A stretch of 64,000 nucleotides of DNA from Phycisphaerales bacterium (GCA_965227775.1 OZ245777.1:3008001-3072000), one strand, 5' to 3'. Counted from the stretch's first letter, positions 8,885-19,034 are shown. Notes: generated by a model not told the origin, from the letters alone. Program-made: numbers and translations.

Positions 8885-10803
8885 GGCGTTTCCTCGGCCG
8901 CGCGGAGCAGGTCATGGATCTCCTTGCCGCCAGGGGTACCGCCGCGGGCCTCCCACCAAAGCGCCCGCGGCGTGCGCCCGCGCTCGTCTTGTGCTGTCGC
9001 GTCGGCCCCGACTTCGAGCAGCACGCGGATGTTGGCGGCCTGGCCTTTGCGGGCCGCAACGTGCAGGGCCGTCACCGAGGCGTCGTTGCGCGCCTCAAGC
9101 GGCACGCCCAACTCGGCGAGCCGCCGGATGGCCTTGGGCGCCTCACCATTGAAGCACACTTGGTGCAGGGCCGTATTGCCAAGCCAGTCGACCCGCCGAA
9201 TATCGACGCCCTCGGCCACCAGGACCTCGATGGACGCCAGTGGGTCAGGCACGCTGCTCAAAAGTGACACGAAGTCGTCTTCCGAGATCCTGGCGTGATA
9301 CCCCCGATCGAACATCGTCTGGAGCAGATCTCCATCGCCCCAGCGGAACGCGGAGAGGGCCACGTCCTGTTCGTCCCGGAACGTACCGACCGTGCGATCG
9401 AGCACCATCTGCTGGATGGACTCATCGCATCCGGCCAGCGCGAGGTGGAAGAGTTGCAAGCGCGGTGTGCCACGGCCCATCGCCTCGGCCTGATCGAACA
9501 TCGCAGCGAGCAATGCCTCGTCACCCCGCCATGCCGCGATGGCGATGGGTGCGGGCGTGGTCTTGGGGGCGCTCGTGACCGACGCCCCCGCCGCCATTAA
9601 ACGCTCGGCGATGTCGTCGTGCCCGCACGCGACGGCGAGCGCGAGTGGCGCGCGGCGATCACCGATCATGTCGTAGTACGCGCCCGCTCCTATGAGTTCA
9701 TCGACGACCTGCGTGTGCCCCCGTGCGGCGGCCCACTCGATGGGCCGGGCGCCTTGCATCGGGCTGACGTTCAGCGGCCGAAGGTTGGGCGCGTCCTTGT
9801 CTGCCAGGGCCCCCGCCGCCAGCAGCTCGCGCACACGCTGGGCATGGCCATCGGCCGCGGCCTGGTGCATCGGCGGCAGGCGTTCGGCCGTGGTGATCCG
9901 CTGGGTACCCACGCTGCCGACCCAGGCGATCGAGAAAACCAGCGCGAGCGTTGGCAGGGCGACCATGCCGCGGAGCGGCCGCACGGGCCGCTGTCCCCGC
10001 GGTGTGTTGCACTCCGGGCAGGTGCCGGAGGGATCGCCGATGGTGCCCAACTCATACCCACACCGCAGGCACCGGCCCCGGCGCGAACGCCGCCTGGTAC
10101 GCCAGCGCAGCCAGAGGTGTACCGGCAGCATCAGCAGTTGCAAGATGGCCAGCCACACAAGCGCCCAGAAGACGGTGTTGACCACCAGCCCCGCCCACAT
10201 GGGCGTCAGCGGGATGGCGTGCTCGTCCTCGGTGTCCCAATGCAGCATGGAGGGGTTGAACGAGGTTTGACCCCACGGATACACCCAGTATGACGCGAGC
10301 ACGCCGCCGCGAATGCGCTCCCCGGGCGTATCGAGCCGATCATCTCCGGCGGCCCACCAAACACGCAAGCACCGCATGGGCCATCCAGCCTCGCGCTCCT
10401 CGAAGCTGGGCAGCGCGTGGACGAACAAGGCGATGGGAGCCGACTCTTCTGGCGGTGGCCGCTGCGCGCGGCTGAACGCTGGAACGCTGATTCCACTCCA
10501 ACTGCGTTCCCGGCCTTCCCTGCCGAGTGTGATACTGCGCAGATAGGCGTCCCTCGGGTTCTCGAACCACTCGGCCCGCCACCCCCAGCCCCAGCGGCGG
10601 GTCAGCGTCGCGTCGCTCCACTGCGCGATGCGCCACTGGTTCACCTCACCCAACTCGACTGTCGGCTCATTGAACCCTGTGTTGGTGAGCGGGTTGTGGA
10701 GGTCATACCCGCGCCACATGGTCGCCGACGCCCACGCAAGACCAATGCTGGTGGCCAGCCCGAGCGCCAGGAACAGGACGAGGATGAGCAATGCACGCCG
10801 CAC
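8881..10803 (-). CDS. Membrane protein with GWPMRC domain, zinc ribbon and ankyrin repeats (paralog 2)
   Basis: GTG10803 gives an N-terminus and length (640 aa) matching paralog 1; RRGRCLRCGYELG..CPECN; GNTALHQV, TALHVAARKG repeats; ATGA overlap with paralog 1. Confidence 0.8.
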   Translation of the reverse strand: MRRALLILVLFLALGLATSIGLAWASATMWRGYDLHNPLTNTGFNEPTVELGEVNQWRIAQWSDATLTRRWGWGWRAEWFENPRDAYLRSITLGREGRERSWSGISVPAFSRAQRPPPEESAPIALFVHALPSFEEREAGWPMRCLRVWWAAGDDRLDTPGERIRGGVLASYWVYPWGQTSFNPSMLHWDTEDEHAIPLTPMWAGLVVNTVFWALVWLAILQLLMLPVHLWLRWRTRRRSRRGRCLRCGYELGTIGDPSGTCPECNTPRGQRPVRPLRGMVALPTLALVFSIAWVGSVGTQRITTAERLPPMHQAAADGHAQRVRELLAAGALADKDAPNLRPLNVSPMQGARPIEWAAARGHTQVVDELIGAGAYYDMIGDRRAPLALAVACGHDDIAERLMAAGASVTSAPKTTPAPIAIAAWRGDEALLAAMFDQAEAMGRGTPRLQLFHLALAGCDESIQQMVLDRTVGTFRDEQDVALSAFRWGDGDLLQTMFDRGYHARISEDDFVSLLSSVPDPLASIEVLVAEGVDIRRVDWLGNTALHQVCFNGEAPKAIRRLAELGVPLEARNDASVTALHVAARKGQAANIRVLLEVGADATAQDERGRTPRALWWEARGGTPGGKEIHDLLRAAEETP

Positions 10804-10841
10804 GCCCCATCCTTGACCCGCTCGATGCACCGTGACGGAAC

Positions 10842-13800
10842 CTACGCGGGCTGGGGCGTGCCGCCAGGGGCTGGGGCATCATCAGGCCGGCGCGAACGCG
10901 CGAGTGCCCGGCGGGCGGCCACGCGCATATCGATCACCAGGCTGAACATGAGCGGCGTGAGCAGCAGCGTAAAGAACGTGCTGACGAGCAGACCGCCCAC
11001 GACGACCGAACCCAGGCCGCGGTACATCTCCGAGCCAGCTCCGGGGAACAGCACCAGGGGCAGCATGCCGCCGACGCTCGTCATCGTGCCCATGAAGATG
11101 GGACGGATGCGGCTGGTCGTCGCCCGCGCGATCGCATCGTGGGCGTGATCGACGTCCACGTCGGGATCGGTGAGCGGGTCCTTCTCCATGAAATTCAGGC
11201 TCTGGTGCACGATCAGGATCGCGTTGTTCACCACGATACCGACGAGGATGACGAAGCCGAGGATCGTGAGCACGTCGAGGTTCTGCGGAGCGATCGTTGG
11301 GTCGGCAGCGGAGACCGCGTGCACCCAGGCGAGCGCCGCGAAACCGCCCACAATTGCCAGCGGAACCGTGAACATGATGACGAGCGGATACAAGAAGCTC
11401 TCGAAGAGCGCGCACATTAGCAGATAGACAACCGCGAGCGCCCACACGAAGCGAGCGGTGAGCAAGCCAGGGTTGGCCGCGAGGCCGCCGAACAGCATGA
11501 GCAGGATGCCGCCGACGAGCAACAGCCCGAGGGCGCCGTACGCGTAGAAGAACTTCTTGCGGCGAACGGCGACGATCAGCGTGATCATCGCCAGCACCAG
11601 GCCACCGCCCTGGGCCACCCAGCCGAACAGCCAGAGTGCACGAGACCCGGTGCCGCCCGATGCAACGCCGGCATCTTCGCCGCCCGCACCGAACATCGCC
11701 TGCTGCACCTCGTCGAGTTTCGCGGCCGTGCCCTCCAGGCGGATGCGCATGGTCGAGTCGATCTGGCCGCTCTCGCGCAGCGGCGTGATGATGTTCTGGC
11801 GGATCTCGTCCTTGACCTCGGCAACGGGCACGCCCTCGGGCGGGCGCACGTTGATGGTGACGCTGGGCAACTCCTCGACGCGGCTGATCTCCTGGGGCGC
11901 AAGGCCACGCTTGATATCAACGACGCTATCGATCGGCACCACGGGTCCGGCAGGCGTTGCGATCGGGATGCTCAGCATCTTCTCCATGTACTCGAGCCGG
12001 CCACCGAAAGGCAGCATGACCAGGTCCACCTGTTCGCCGTCGAGCTGGTAGTCGCCCACAAAGATGCCATCGAAGAGCCCGCGTACCGCGAGCCCCACGC
12101 CCTCGGTCGTCAGGCCCAGGTCTCGGCCCACCGAGTTGATCTCGGCCTGAAGTTCGGGCTGTTCGAGGCTGAAGTTGGCCGGGCTGGGCTGGACACGGCC
12201 ATACCCGTACGTGCCGGCTGCGCTGCGAAACGCCTGCTCGGCGACGGCCTTCACCTTGTCGAGGTTCGGACCGCTGATCTCGATATCGATGGTGCCGCCG
12301 CCGCGGATGCCACCACTGAACAGCGACGCCTGGCTCGCACCGCCGAAGATATCGCTGTTGAGCTGGTTGAAGCTGTTGGTGAGGATCTGGCCAACGGGGA
12401 TGACCACGCGCTCATCTGCGCTCGTCGCGCCGGCGAACATCGATGTTCCGAAGGCGCCGATGAAGAAGTTCTCGATCGCCACGGGCTCGTACGCGGGCAT
12501 CTGGCCGGTCACCGGGTCGGGCGCAAAGCCATAGGGAATCTTGGCCAATTGTGACGCGTCGGCGCTTCCGAGTTCCTGCGTGGTGTACGGACCGACCTGC
12601 GCCTCCATCCGCTCGGCAAGCTCGGTTCGTGCCTCAATGCTCAAGCCCGGCGGCAGCAAGAGTCCACCAAAGACGAGATTGCGGTTGCCCGCGGGCAGAT
12701 AGTCAAGCGGTGGCATGAGCACCCACGAAAGAAGCAGGCTCGCGGCTGTTAGGGCAACAATCACCAGCGGTCGCAGCGAGGCGCCACGCCACGATCCCAT
12801 GAGCCAGCCGATGGCCCTGCCGAAGCCCTCGGACGCCGCGTTACCGAGCGTCGCGAGCCCGCCGAGCGAGCGGAGCGCTCGGCCCGCCCTGGTCTTGGGC
12901 TTGCTCGGCTGGCCCAGAACGGCGGCGCTCGCCGACGGGATAACCGTGAGCGAAACGACAAGCGAGAGCGACACGGCTCCCACGATCGCCAACGAGATGT
13001 CGCGGAAGAGCTGGCCGGCTTCTTCCTGGATAGTCAGGATCGGCACGAACACGACGACGGTAGTAAGCGTGGATGCGAGGACCGCACCCCACACTTCTCG
13101 CGCCCCTTCGTACGCAGCGATCGCCGGCTTCTTGCCCATCGCGCGGTGGCGATCGATATTCTCCAGCACCACGATGGCGTTGTCGACCACCATACCAACG
13201 GCAAACGCCAAGCCCGCAAGGGAGACGACGTTCAGCGTGCGCCCCAGGCCCAGCAACACAAGGAACGTGCCGATGATCGAGATCGGGATAGCAACCGCGA
13301 TCACGAGCGTCGCCTGCACGCTGCGAAGGAACACCAGCAGCACGATGCCGGCGAGGATGCCGCCGATCCACAGGTTCTCGAGTACGAGGTCAATGGCCGA
13401 ACTGATGTAGGTCGTCTCGTCGTAGACCTGACGCAGCCGCAGGTACGGGCCCACCTCGGGATGCAGGTTCGGCAAGATGTCCTGCCGGATCTGGTCGAGC
13501 TGCACCCGCATGTCGGTCATGACCTCGACCACGTTGGCGTCGGTCTGCCGGAGCGCGTTGATTGCCAGGCACGGCTGTCCCAGCGACCGCACGAAGCCGC
13601 GGGCCTTCTCGTGGCTCAGCTCGACCGTGCCGATATCGCGCATGTACACGGGCTTGCCATCGCGGTAGGCGACGATGGTGTCAAGCACCTGCTGCGGATC
13701 GTTGAACTGGCCAACGACGCGCACCCGGTAGTCGCGCTTGCCTTCGGCGAGCGTGCCGGCCGAGACGTTGCGGTTCTCACCGCGCAGCGCGTCGAACACG

Positions 13801-14429
13801 TCGACGTGGTTCAGCCCGCGCTGGGCCATCGCGTAAGGATCGAGCAGCACGCGTACCTCGCGCTCGCGACCGCCGTATACGTTGACCTCGGCCACGCCGC
13901 CGACGCGTTCGAGGAACGGACGAATCTCGCGATCCACGGGATCAAATAGCGTTGTGATATCGAAGTCGCCGAACTCCTCAAGGTGCTCGGGGTCGATATC
14001 GATGATGATCCACGCGATCGCGTTCTCGGGGCCACCGCTCGTGTCAGCGATGATCGGCTCGTCGACCTCTTCGGGGTAGTCGGGCACCTGCCGCAGCGCG
14101 TCAGAGACTTCCTGTAGCGCGCGATCGATGTCTGAGCCAATGAAGAACTCGAGCGTCACCGACGCCGAGCCCTCGCTGCTCATCGAACGCATCGACTTGA
14201 GATTCGACACATTCTTGAGCTGCTCTTCCTGCTCCTTGGTGATCTCGTCGACCACTTCTTGCGGGCTGCGGCCCGGCCAGAACGTCGAAACAGTGATGAC
14301 CGGTCGGTCGACCGTGGGAGTGAGCTGGATCGGGATCGCACCGACACCGATGAGCCCGAACATCACCACGATGAGCACGGCCACAACCACGCCCACGGGT
14401 CGCTGGATCGCGAGTCGAACGAGGTCCAC
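10842..14429 (-). CDS. RND efflux transporter permease (AcrB family)
   Basis: IGVGAIPIQLTP, GMVVDNAIVVLENI, ALFESFLYP, GIVVNNAILIV, RIRPIFMGT, GMLPL motifs. Confidence 0.93.
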   Translation of the reverse strand: MDLVRLAIQRPVGVVVAVLIVVMFGLIGVGAIPIQLTPTVDRPVITVSTFWPGRSPQEVVDEITKEQEEQLKNVSNLKSMRSMSSEGSASVTLEFFIGSDIDRALQEVSDALRQVPDYPEEVDEPIIADTSGGPENAIAWIIIDIDPEHLEEFGDFDITTLFDPVDREIRPFLERVGGVAEVNVYGGREREVRVLLDPYAMAQRGLNHVDVFDALRGENRNVSAGTLAEGKRDYRVRVVGQFNDPQQVLDTIVAYRDGKPVYMRDIGTVELSHEKARGFVRSLGQPCLAINALRQTDANVVEVMTDMRVQLDQIRQDILPNLHPEVGPYLRLRQVYDETTYISSAIDLVLENLWIGGILAGIVLLVFLRSVQATLVIAVAIPISIIGTFLVLLGLGRTLNVVSLAGLAFAVGMVVDNAIVVLENIDRHRAMGKKPAIAAYEGAREVWGAVLASTLTTVVVFVPILTIQEEAGQLFRDISLAIVGAVSLSLVVSLTVIPSASAAVLGQPSKPKTRAGRALRSLGGLATLGNAASEGFGRAIGWLMGSWRGASLRPLVIVALTAASLLLSWVLMPPLDYLPAGNRNLVFGGLLLPPGLSIEARTELAERMEAQVGPYTTQELGSADASQLAKIPYGFAPDPVTGQMPAYEPVAIENFFIGAFGTSMFAGATSADERVVIPVGQILTNSFNQLNSDIFGGASQASLFSGGIRGGGTIDIEISGPNLDKVKAVAEQAFRSAAGTYGYGRVQPSPANFSLEQPELQAEINSVGRDLGLTTEGVGLAVRGLFDGIFVGDYQLDGEQVDLVMLPFGGRLEYMEKMLSIPIATPAGPVVPIDSVVDIKRGLAPQEISRVEELPSVTINVRPPEGVPVAEVKDEIRQNIITPLRESGQIDSTMRIRLEGTAAKLDEVQQAMFGAGGEDAGVASGGTGSRALWLFGWVAQGGGLVLAMITLIVAVRRKKFFYAYGALGLLLVGGILLMLFGGLAANPGLLTARFVWALAVVYLLMCALFESFLYPLVIMFTVPLAIVGGFAALAWVHAVSAADPTIAPQNLDVLTILGFVILVGIVVNNAILIVHQSLNFMEKDPLTDPDVDVDHAHDAIARATTSRIRPIFMGTMTSVGGMLPLVLFPGAGSEMYRGLGSVVVGGLLVSTFFTLLLTPLMFSLVIDMRVAARRALARSRRPDDAPAPGGTPQPA

Positions 14430-14432
14430 GGA

Positions 14433-15602
14433 TCAGCCCCTCCCGCCGGAGCCAGCACCCTGCGCCGGCTGCTGGTCAGCGGGCAGGTTCAGGATGTTGA
14501 GCGGCTGCATCGGGAACATGCGCTCGTTCCCCTCGATCACCACCATCGCGCCTGGCGGCATCGCGTTGGCACGGATGGCAACCCGCTCGCCCGAGGCGAA
14601 CAGCCTCGTCACGCGCGCGGGCGCTGCGGCGAATCCGCCTCCCTGGCCCGGCACCGCGAAGTACACGTATTCGCCCGCGTCATCGCGGAGCATGGCGTCC
14701 TTGTGCACCGTGAGCGTCGGCTCGGTCACACCCGTGGGCGTCAGCCCGATCACGCTCATGCCAGGTCGGAATCGCTCCCGCTCGTTGGAGAGCACGACGC
14801 GTACCGGGAACAGCCTGCTGCGCGGATCGGCATCGGGCACGATGGTGTACCGCTCGGCCTCGACCTCGTCTCCGGTCGCAGAGATACGGACCCGCACACG
14901 CCCGTCGTCCTGGGCCAGCCGATCGATGAGCCTCTCGGGCACGTCGATCCAGGCCTCGACCGTCTCGAGCGACACAAGCTCGGCGACGGGATCGCCCGCA
15001 CCGAGCCACTGGCCGATCTCCGCACCGCGACGCACGATGCGGCCGCTGAACGGCGCTCGCACGACCATGTCCTCGACACGCGTCTGGGCAAGATCGACGA
15101 GCACTTCGTTCAGCACGACGTCGGCGCGAGACGCCGCCAAGCGGGCTTCGGCGGCTTGCAAATCGGTGCGGGCCTGATCGATCTCACGTTCGTTTCCACC
15201 GCCACGATCGAATGTCTGCTGCACGCGTTCGAGATCCCGCCGGGCATTGTCAACCAATGCCTCCCGCTCAGCAACGACAGCCTTCACACTCTCAAGGAAT
15301 GCCTGAGCGCGTCGCAACTCTAGTGTTGCGCGCTGATCGTCGAGCCGTGCGATGACCTGGCCCGCTGCGACCGATTCACCCTCACGCACGAGCATCTCGG
15401 CGACGAGGCCTTCCTCTTCGGCCGCCAAAACGCTGCGGCGTGCGGCACGGATTTCGCCAGTGGACTCGCGCCAGGTTTCGAGCGGCTCGCTCCGGGCCTG
15501 ATCGATGCGCACGGTTGCCGGCGGCGCCTGGCCAAGGGCTTGGTCCGAGATGAGAAGCAAGGCCCCCAGCACCGCCGCAACGACGGCCGCATTCAGTCGC
15601 AT
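14433..15602 (-). CDS. RND periplasmic adaptor (membrane fusion protein)
   Basis: VREGESVAAGQVIARLD lipoyl half, coiled coil, VRAPFSGRI, FRPGMSV; TGATG overlap with upstream gene. Confidence 0.9.
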   Translation of the reverse strand: MRLNAAVVAAVLGALLLISDQALGQAPPATVRIDQARSEPLETWRESTGEIRAARRSVLAAEEEGLVAEMLVREGESVAAGQVIARLDDQRATLELRRAQAFLESVKAVVAEREALVDNARRDLERVQQTFDRGGGNEREIDQARTDLQAAEARLAASRADVVLNEVLVDLAQTRVEDMVVRAPFSGRIVRRGAEIGQWLGAGDPVAELVSLETVEAWIDVPERLIDRLAQDDGRVRVRISATGDEVEAERYTIVPDADPRSRLFPVRVVLSNERERFRPGMSVIGLTPTGVTEPTLTVHKDAMLRDDAGEYVYFAVPGQGGGFAAAPARVTRLFASGERVAIRANAMPPGAMVVIEGNERMFPMQPLNILNLPADQQPAQGAGSGGRG

Positions 15603-17035
15603 CAGTTGTCCTCCGAAGCATCGCGCCGTGAGAGCGACGACCCCTCCATCAAGTACATGCCGTAGAGCCACTTACCGCGCACAAACGGGTCGACCTTTAA
15701 CCGGCCCTTGACTACGCCGAACATCGGACGCTGTTCGATTGGCACCGCGAGCGACACCTCGATCGCATCATACGGTGTTGGTGGCACACCAAGGCAGCAT
15801 CCGTCCCACGGGTGCTGCATAAGGAGCAATTCGCTGACAAACCGCTCGGCAAATGGGATGGCGAAATTGCCCTCGAACCTGACCCACTTGCCATCAAACA
15901 TCGTTACGCGCTCCGGCAAGACAAGCCGGCCGCGCGACGGGTTGAACGTCTCGCTGGCAGACATCATCAGATCCCACGGCAGCACATACGGATCACTCGA
16001 GGTACCAGAGCCAGGCACGGTGAAGCGATCGTCGATCTTCAGCTTGCCATCGATGCGCTCGATCTTGGCCGGCCGGACGTCGAAGCCCGCGAACTCACTC
16101 GGTGCCTCGCCAAATCCATCTGGCCTCGGCAGCTTGCGGATCTCGGCCCACAGGTCCTCGGTTTCGGGCGGCGGGCGTGTCGACTCGACGCTCGTGCCAC
16201 CGGCCCACTCCGTGAGCGTGAGGCCAGGCAGCGGCTCGACGCGGAGCAATCGCTCGGCGCCAAATGCAAGGACCTCACCATCCGGACCGCGACCAACGTA
16301 GGCCGCGAGCTTTCCGACCTCGTTGAGCAGTGGCGCGCCGAGCCATTGCTCAGTGAGCGGCTCGGTGAGCTCGACCCGGACAACCTGGTCCTTCACCCTC
16401 ACCCGCGAGACCGTGCGAAGCTCGCTCGGGTGGTTCGGGGTCACGGAACCCGGATCGGTCGCACGATCGATCATCAGGAGTTGCTCGTCGGGGAACGGCT
16501 CGAGGATCGCCATCTGCAAGCCGCGTAGGAGCTCGCTGGGGAGGTCAACGGTCAGCAGGACCAGGTCGATCTCCGGCACATCGGCAACGATGCGCTGAAC
16601 CTCAAATCGGCGACCAACGTCGAGCAAGACTTCGCCGCGTACGGCACCCTCGGCGACCGACCTGGGCACCGCGATCCGTCCCGGACCCACGAAGAACCCC
16701 GCAGAGACGCTCGGCTCGTCATCATCCTGGCCGAACAACTCGACGCTGGCGACCGCGGGCGAGTAGAGCGGCGCCATCGCAGCGAGTCCGAGGTTTTGGT
16801 GCTCGGCGGACTGGGCAACCTGCTCGCGGACCGATACGGACACCGATGCCTCGTTCGCTCCAGCGACGGGCAGCACGGGCTCTGCGGCCCTCGCCCTCGG
16901 CTCGGCTGGTTCGGTCGAACGGCTTGCCCCTGCCTCGAACAGCGCCACCGCGACCACGGCCAGCACCACGAGGCATACGAAGCCACCGACGAAGACCGCC
17001 GGCGGCAGCTTGCTCTGCTTTGTCCCGTCCATCAT
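15602..17035 (-). CDS. Membrane-anchored protein: degenerate trypsin-like domain plus C-terminal DUF3299-like domain
   Basis: N-terminal TM; SAGFFVG..DLVLL..GAPLLNEVG trypsin-like pattern; C-terminal FDGKWVRFEG..ELLLM..DGCCLGVPP..IEV..GRLKV. Confidence 0.7.
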   Translation of the reverse strand: MMDGTKQSKLPPAVFVGGFVCLVVLAVVAVALFEAGASRSTEPAEPRARAAEPVLPVAGANEASVSVSVREQVAQSAEHQNLGLAAMAPLYSPAVASVELFGQDDDEPSVSAGFFVGPGRIAVPRSVAEGAVRGEVLLDVGRRFEVQRIVADVPEIDLVLLTVDLPSELLRGLQMAILEPFPDEQLLMIDRATDPGSVTPNHPSELRTVSRVRVKDQVVRVELTEPLTEQWLGAPLLNEVGKLAAYVGRGPDGEVLAFGAERLLRVEPLPGLTLTEWAGGTSVESTRPPPETEDLWAEIRKLPRPDGFGEAPSEFAGFDVRPAKIERIDGKLKIDDRFTVPGSGTSSDPYVLPWDLMMSASETFNPSRGRLVLPERVTMFDGKWVRFEGNFAIPFAERFVSELLLMQHPWDGCCLGVPPTPYDAIEVSLAVPIEQRPMFGVVKGRLKVDPFVRGKWLYGMYLMEGSSLSRRDASEDN

Positions 17036-17046
17036 CAGGCAGAAGA

Positions 17047-18345
17047 CTAGCCCAACGGCCGCAAATGTTCCGCCACGGGCGTCCGATAGGCCAGCACCGC
17101 GGGCGCGACGCCTGCCAGGGCCGCAAGCACGACCGCAGCAGCGCCGACGGCCCCGAATGCGGCCAGGGAAACCGCGGGCTCGACGACCAGCCCCAGCTGG
17201 ACCCGAAGGCCCCACGAGACTGCCTGCCCGCCCAGCACGCTCATGCCAACGCCCACGATCGCGCCCGCCGCTCCCAGTAGCACGGCCTCGGCGAGCACCC
17301 AGCAGACGATCCGCCCTCGGCTCGCCCCGAGCACGCGGAAGGTCGCGATCTCGCGTCGACGCATCTGTCCTGCCGAGTAGAGCGCCAGCATGATCGAGAC
17401 CGCGCCCGACACCAGCACGACAAAAGCCACCGCGATGATCAGCCGATCCACGCGGCTGACGATCCGGAACAGGGCATCGATCTCGGACGCGGGCGACGCG
17501 ACGGTAATCGATGGGTTGCGACGCAGTTCGCTGGCCAGTTCTGCAATCGCCGAGCTGGCCTGGCGCCCCTCGCGTACCACACCTCGGAGGTACACACCAG
17601 TCACGAGCCGGTCGGCCGCGCTCAGATCGTCCTCGGTCACACGGTCAGCGCTTCCACCAGCCTCTCGGTCCCGCTTGTCCTGGGCGTGGATGATCCAGCC
17701 CGACGCAAGATCGCTGAAGATCACGCGGTCGTGTGGCGTGCCGCTGATCTCGAGCACGCCGACGACCTCGTACGAGAATCCCTCGTGCACGAAGCCGCCA
17801 CCCGCAAGCCCGCACGTCAGGAGGATCGTGTCGCCCAGCGCAAGGCCCGACTCCTTGGCCACCTGGGACCCCAGGACGACCTCGAACCGATCCTGGATCA
17901 GCCGGCCCTCCGAAACGCGCCAGCGGCCATCCTCGTCTTCGATTTGCGGGTCGTACCCGGCATCGGGGCTGAACTGTTGGAAGAACTCAGGCTGCACCGC
18001 CGTGACGGGATAGTCCTCGAACGAGTCGCCCTGCTGGATGGGCAGTGCATAGGCAACGCGCGGGTCGCGCTGCAACTGCAGGACCTGCAACCACGTCATC
18101 GCTCGGCTCGGCGTCCCGGCGTGGAAGACCGAGTTCAGCACGCTGACTAACGCCGATGGCTCGGCCGAGACGACCAGGTGCATGTTGCCGGCACCGCGTT
18201 CGAGCGTCTGCCGAGTTGCATCACGCATGCTCATGATGGTGAGCAGCAGTCCAACGGCGATCGCGACCGTGATCGTCGTCGTCACGGTCTGGAATCGCCG
18301 CGCGAACAGCGATCCAAACACAACTCTGGAGCCACGCAGCGACAT
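17047..18345 (-). CDS. ABC transporter permease, MacB/FtsX type
   Basis: TM - large periplasmic domain (GDSF, EVVLGS, VVGVL..SGTPHDRVIF) - RRREIATFRVLGASR - three TMs. Confidence 0.9.
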   Translation of the reverse strand: MSLRGSRVVFGSLFARRFQTVTTTITVAIAVGLLLTIMSMRDATRQTLERGAGNMHLVVSAEPSALVSVLNSVFHAGTPSRAMTWLQVLQLQRDPRVAYALPIQQGDSFEDYPVTAVQPEFFQQFSPDAGYDPQIEDEDGRWRVSEGRLIQDRFEVVLGSQVAKESGLALGDTILLTCGLAGGGFVHEGFSYEVVGVLEISGTPHDRVIFSDLASGWIIHAQDKRDREAGGSADRVTEDDLSAADRLVTGVYLRGVVREGRQASSAIAELASELRRNPSITVASPASEIDALFRIVSRVDRLIIAVAFVVLVSGAVSIMLALYSAGQMRRREIATFRVLGASRGRIVCWVLAEAVLLGAAGAIVGVGMSVLGGQAVSWGLRVQLGLVVEPAVSLAAFGAVGAAAVVLAALAGVAPAVLAYRTPVAEHLRPLG

Positions 18346-19034
18346 CAGGCTCTCGCCCCCGGAGCGACGCCTGCAAGGCTGGCGAGGTCTTCGACGCGAC
18401 CGAAGTGCGATTCAGCTGTGGGGTCATGGCTCACGCAGAGCAATGCCGCACCCGCCTCGGCGCACGCGTTCTTGATGAGCTCGATGGCAGCATCGGCGTT
18501 CTCGGGGTCAAGGCTCGCGGTCGGTTCGTCCGCCAGCACGAGCGCGGGCTTGGCCGCAACCGCTCTCGCAACGGCGACCCGCTGCTGCTGCCCGACGCTG
18601 AGTTGCTCAGGCCGCGCATCCACCCGCTCGATCCCGAGTCGCTCGAGCAACGCCGCCGCCCGCGCGTCGTGCTCGCTCCGGGGGATATCCGAGAACATCA
18701 TGCCCGCGAGCACATTCTCCCGTGCGCTGAATCCGTGCAGGAGATTGAACGTCTGGAATACGACGCCGAGGTGGCGCCCACGGAAGCGATCCCTCGCAGC
18801 GCCGCGCAGCGCGTGCAGGTCTTGCCCGGCGATCAGCACGCGCCCGAGCGAGGGCTCGAGCAATCCGGCGACCAGGCCCAGCAGCGTCGTCTTGCCGCTG
18901 CCCGACCGCCCGCGGAGCAGCATCATCTCGCCCTCACCAAGCTCTAGCACATCAACACGAACGACCGGCGGGGCGTCTACCGCCCGCCGGTCGTAGCGGA
19001 AGCTCAGATCCTCGATGCGCAGCGCCACGGCCAT
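18345..19034 (-). CDS. ABC transporter ATP-binding protein (LolD/MacB-like)
   Basis: GRSGSGKTT, LSVGQQQRVAVARA, LADEPTASLD, VSHD; TGATG overlap with permease. Confidence 0.93.
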   Translation of the reverse strand: MAVALRIEDLSFRYDRRAVDAPPVVRVDVLELGEGEMMLLRGRSGSGKTTLLGLVAGLLEPSLGRVLIAGQDLHALRGAARDRFRGRHLGVVFQTFNLLHGFSARENVLAGMMFSDIPRSEHDARAAALLERLGIERVDARPEQLSVGQQQRVAVARAVAAKPALVLADEPTASLDPENADAAIELIKNACAEAGAALLCVSHDPTAESHFGRVEDLASLAGVAPGARA

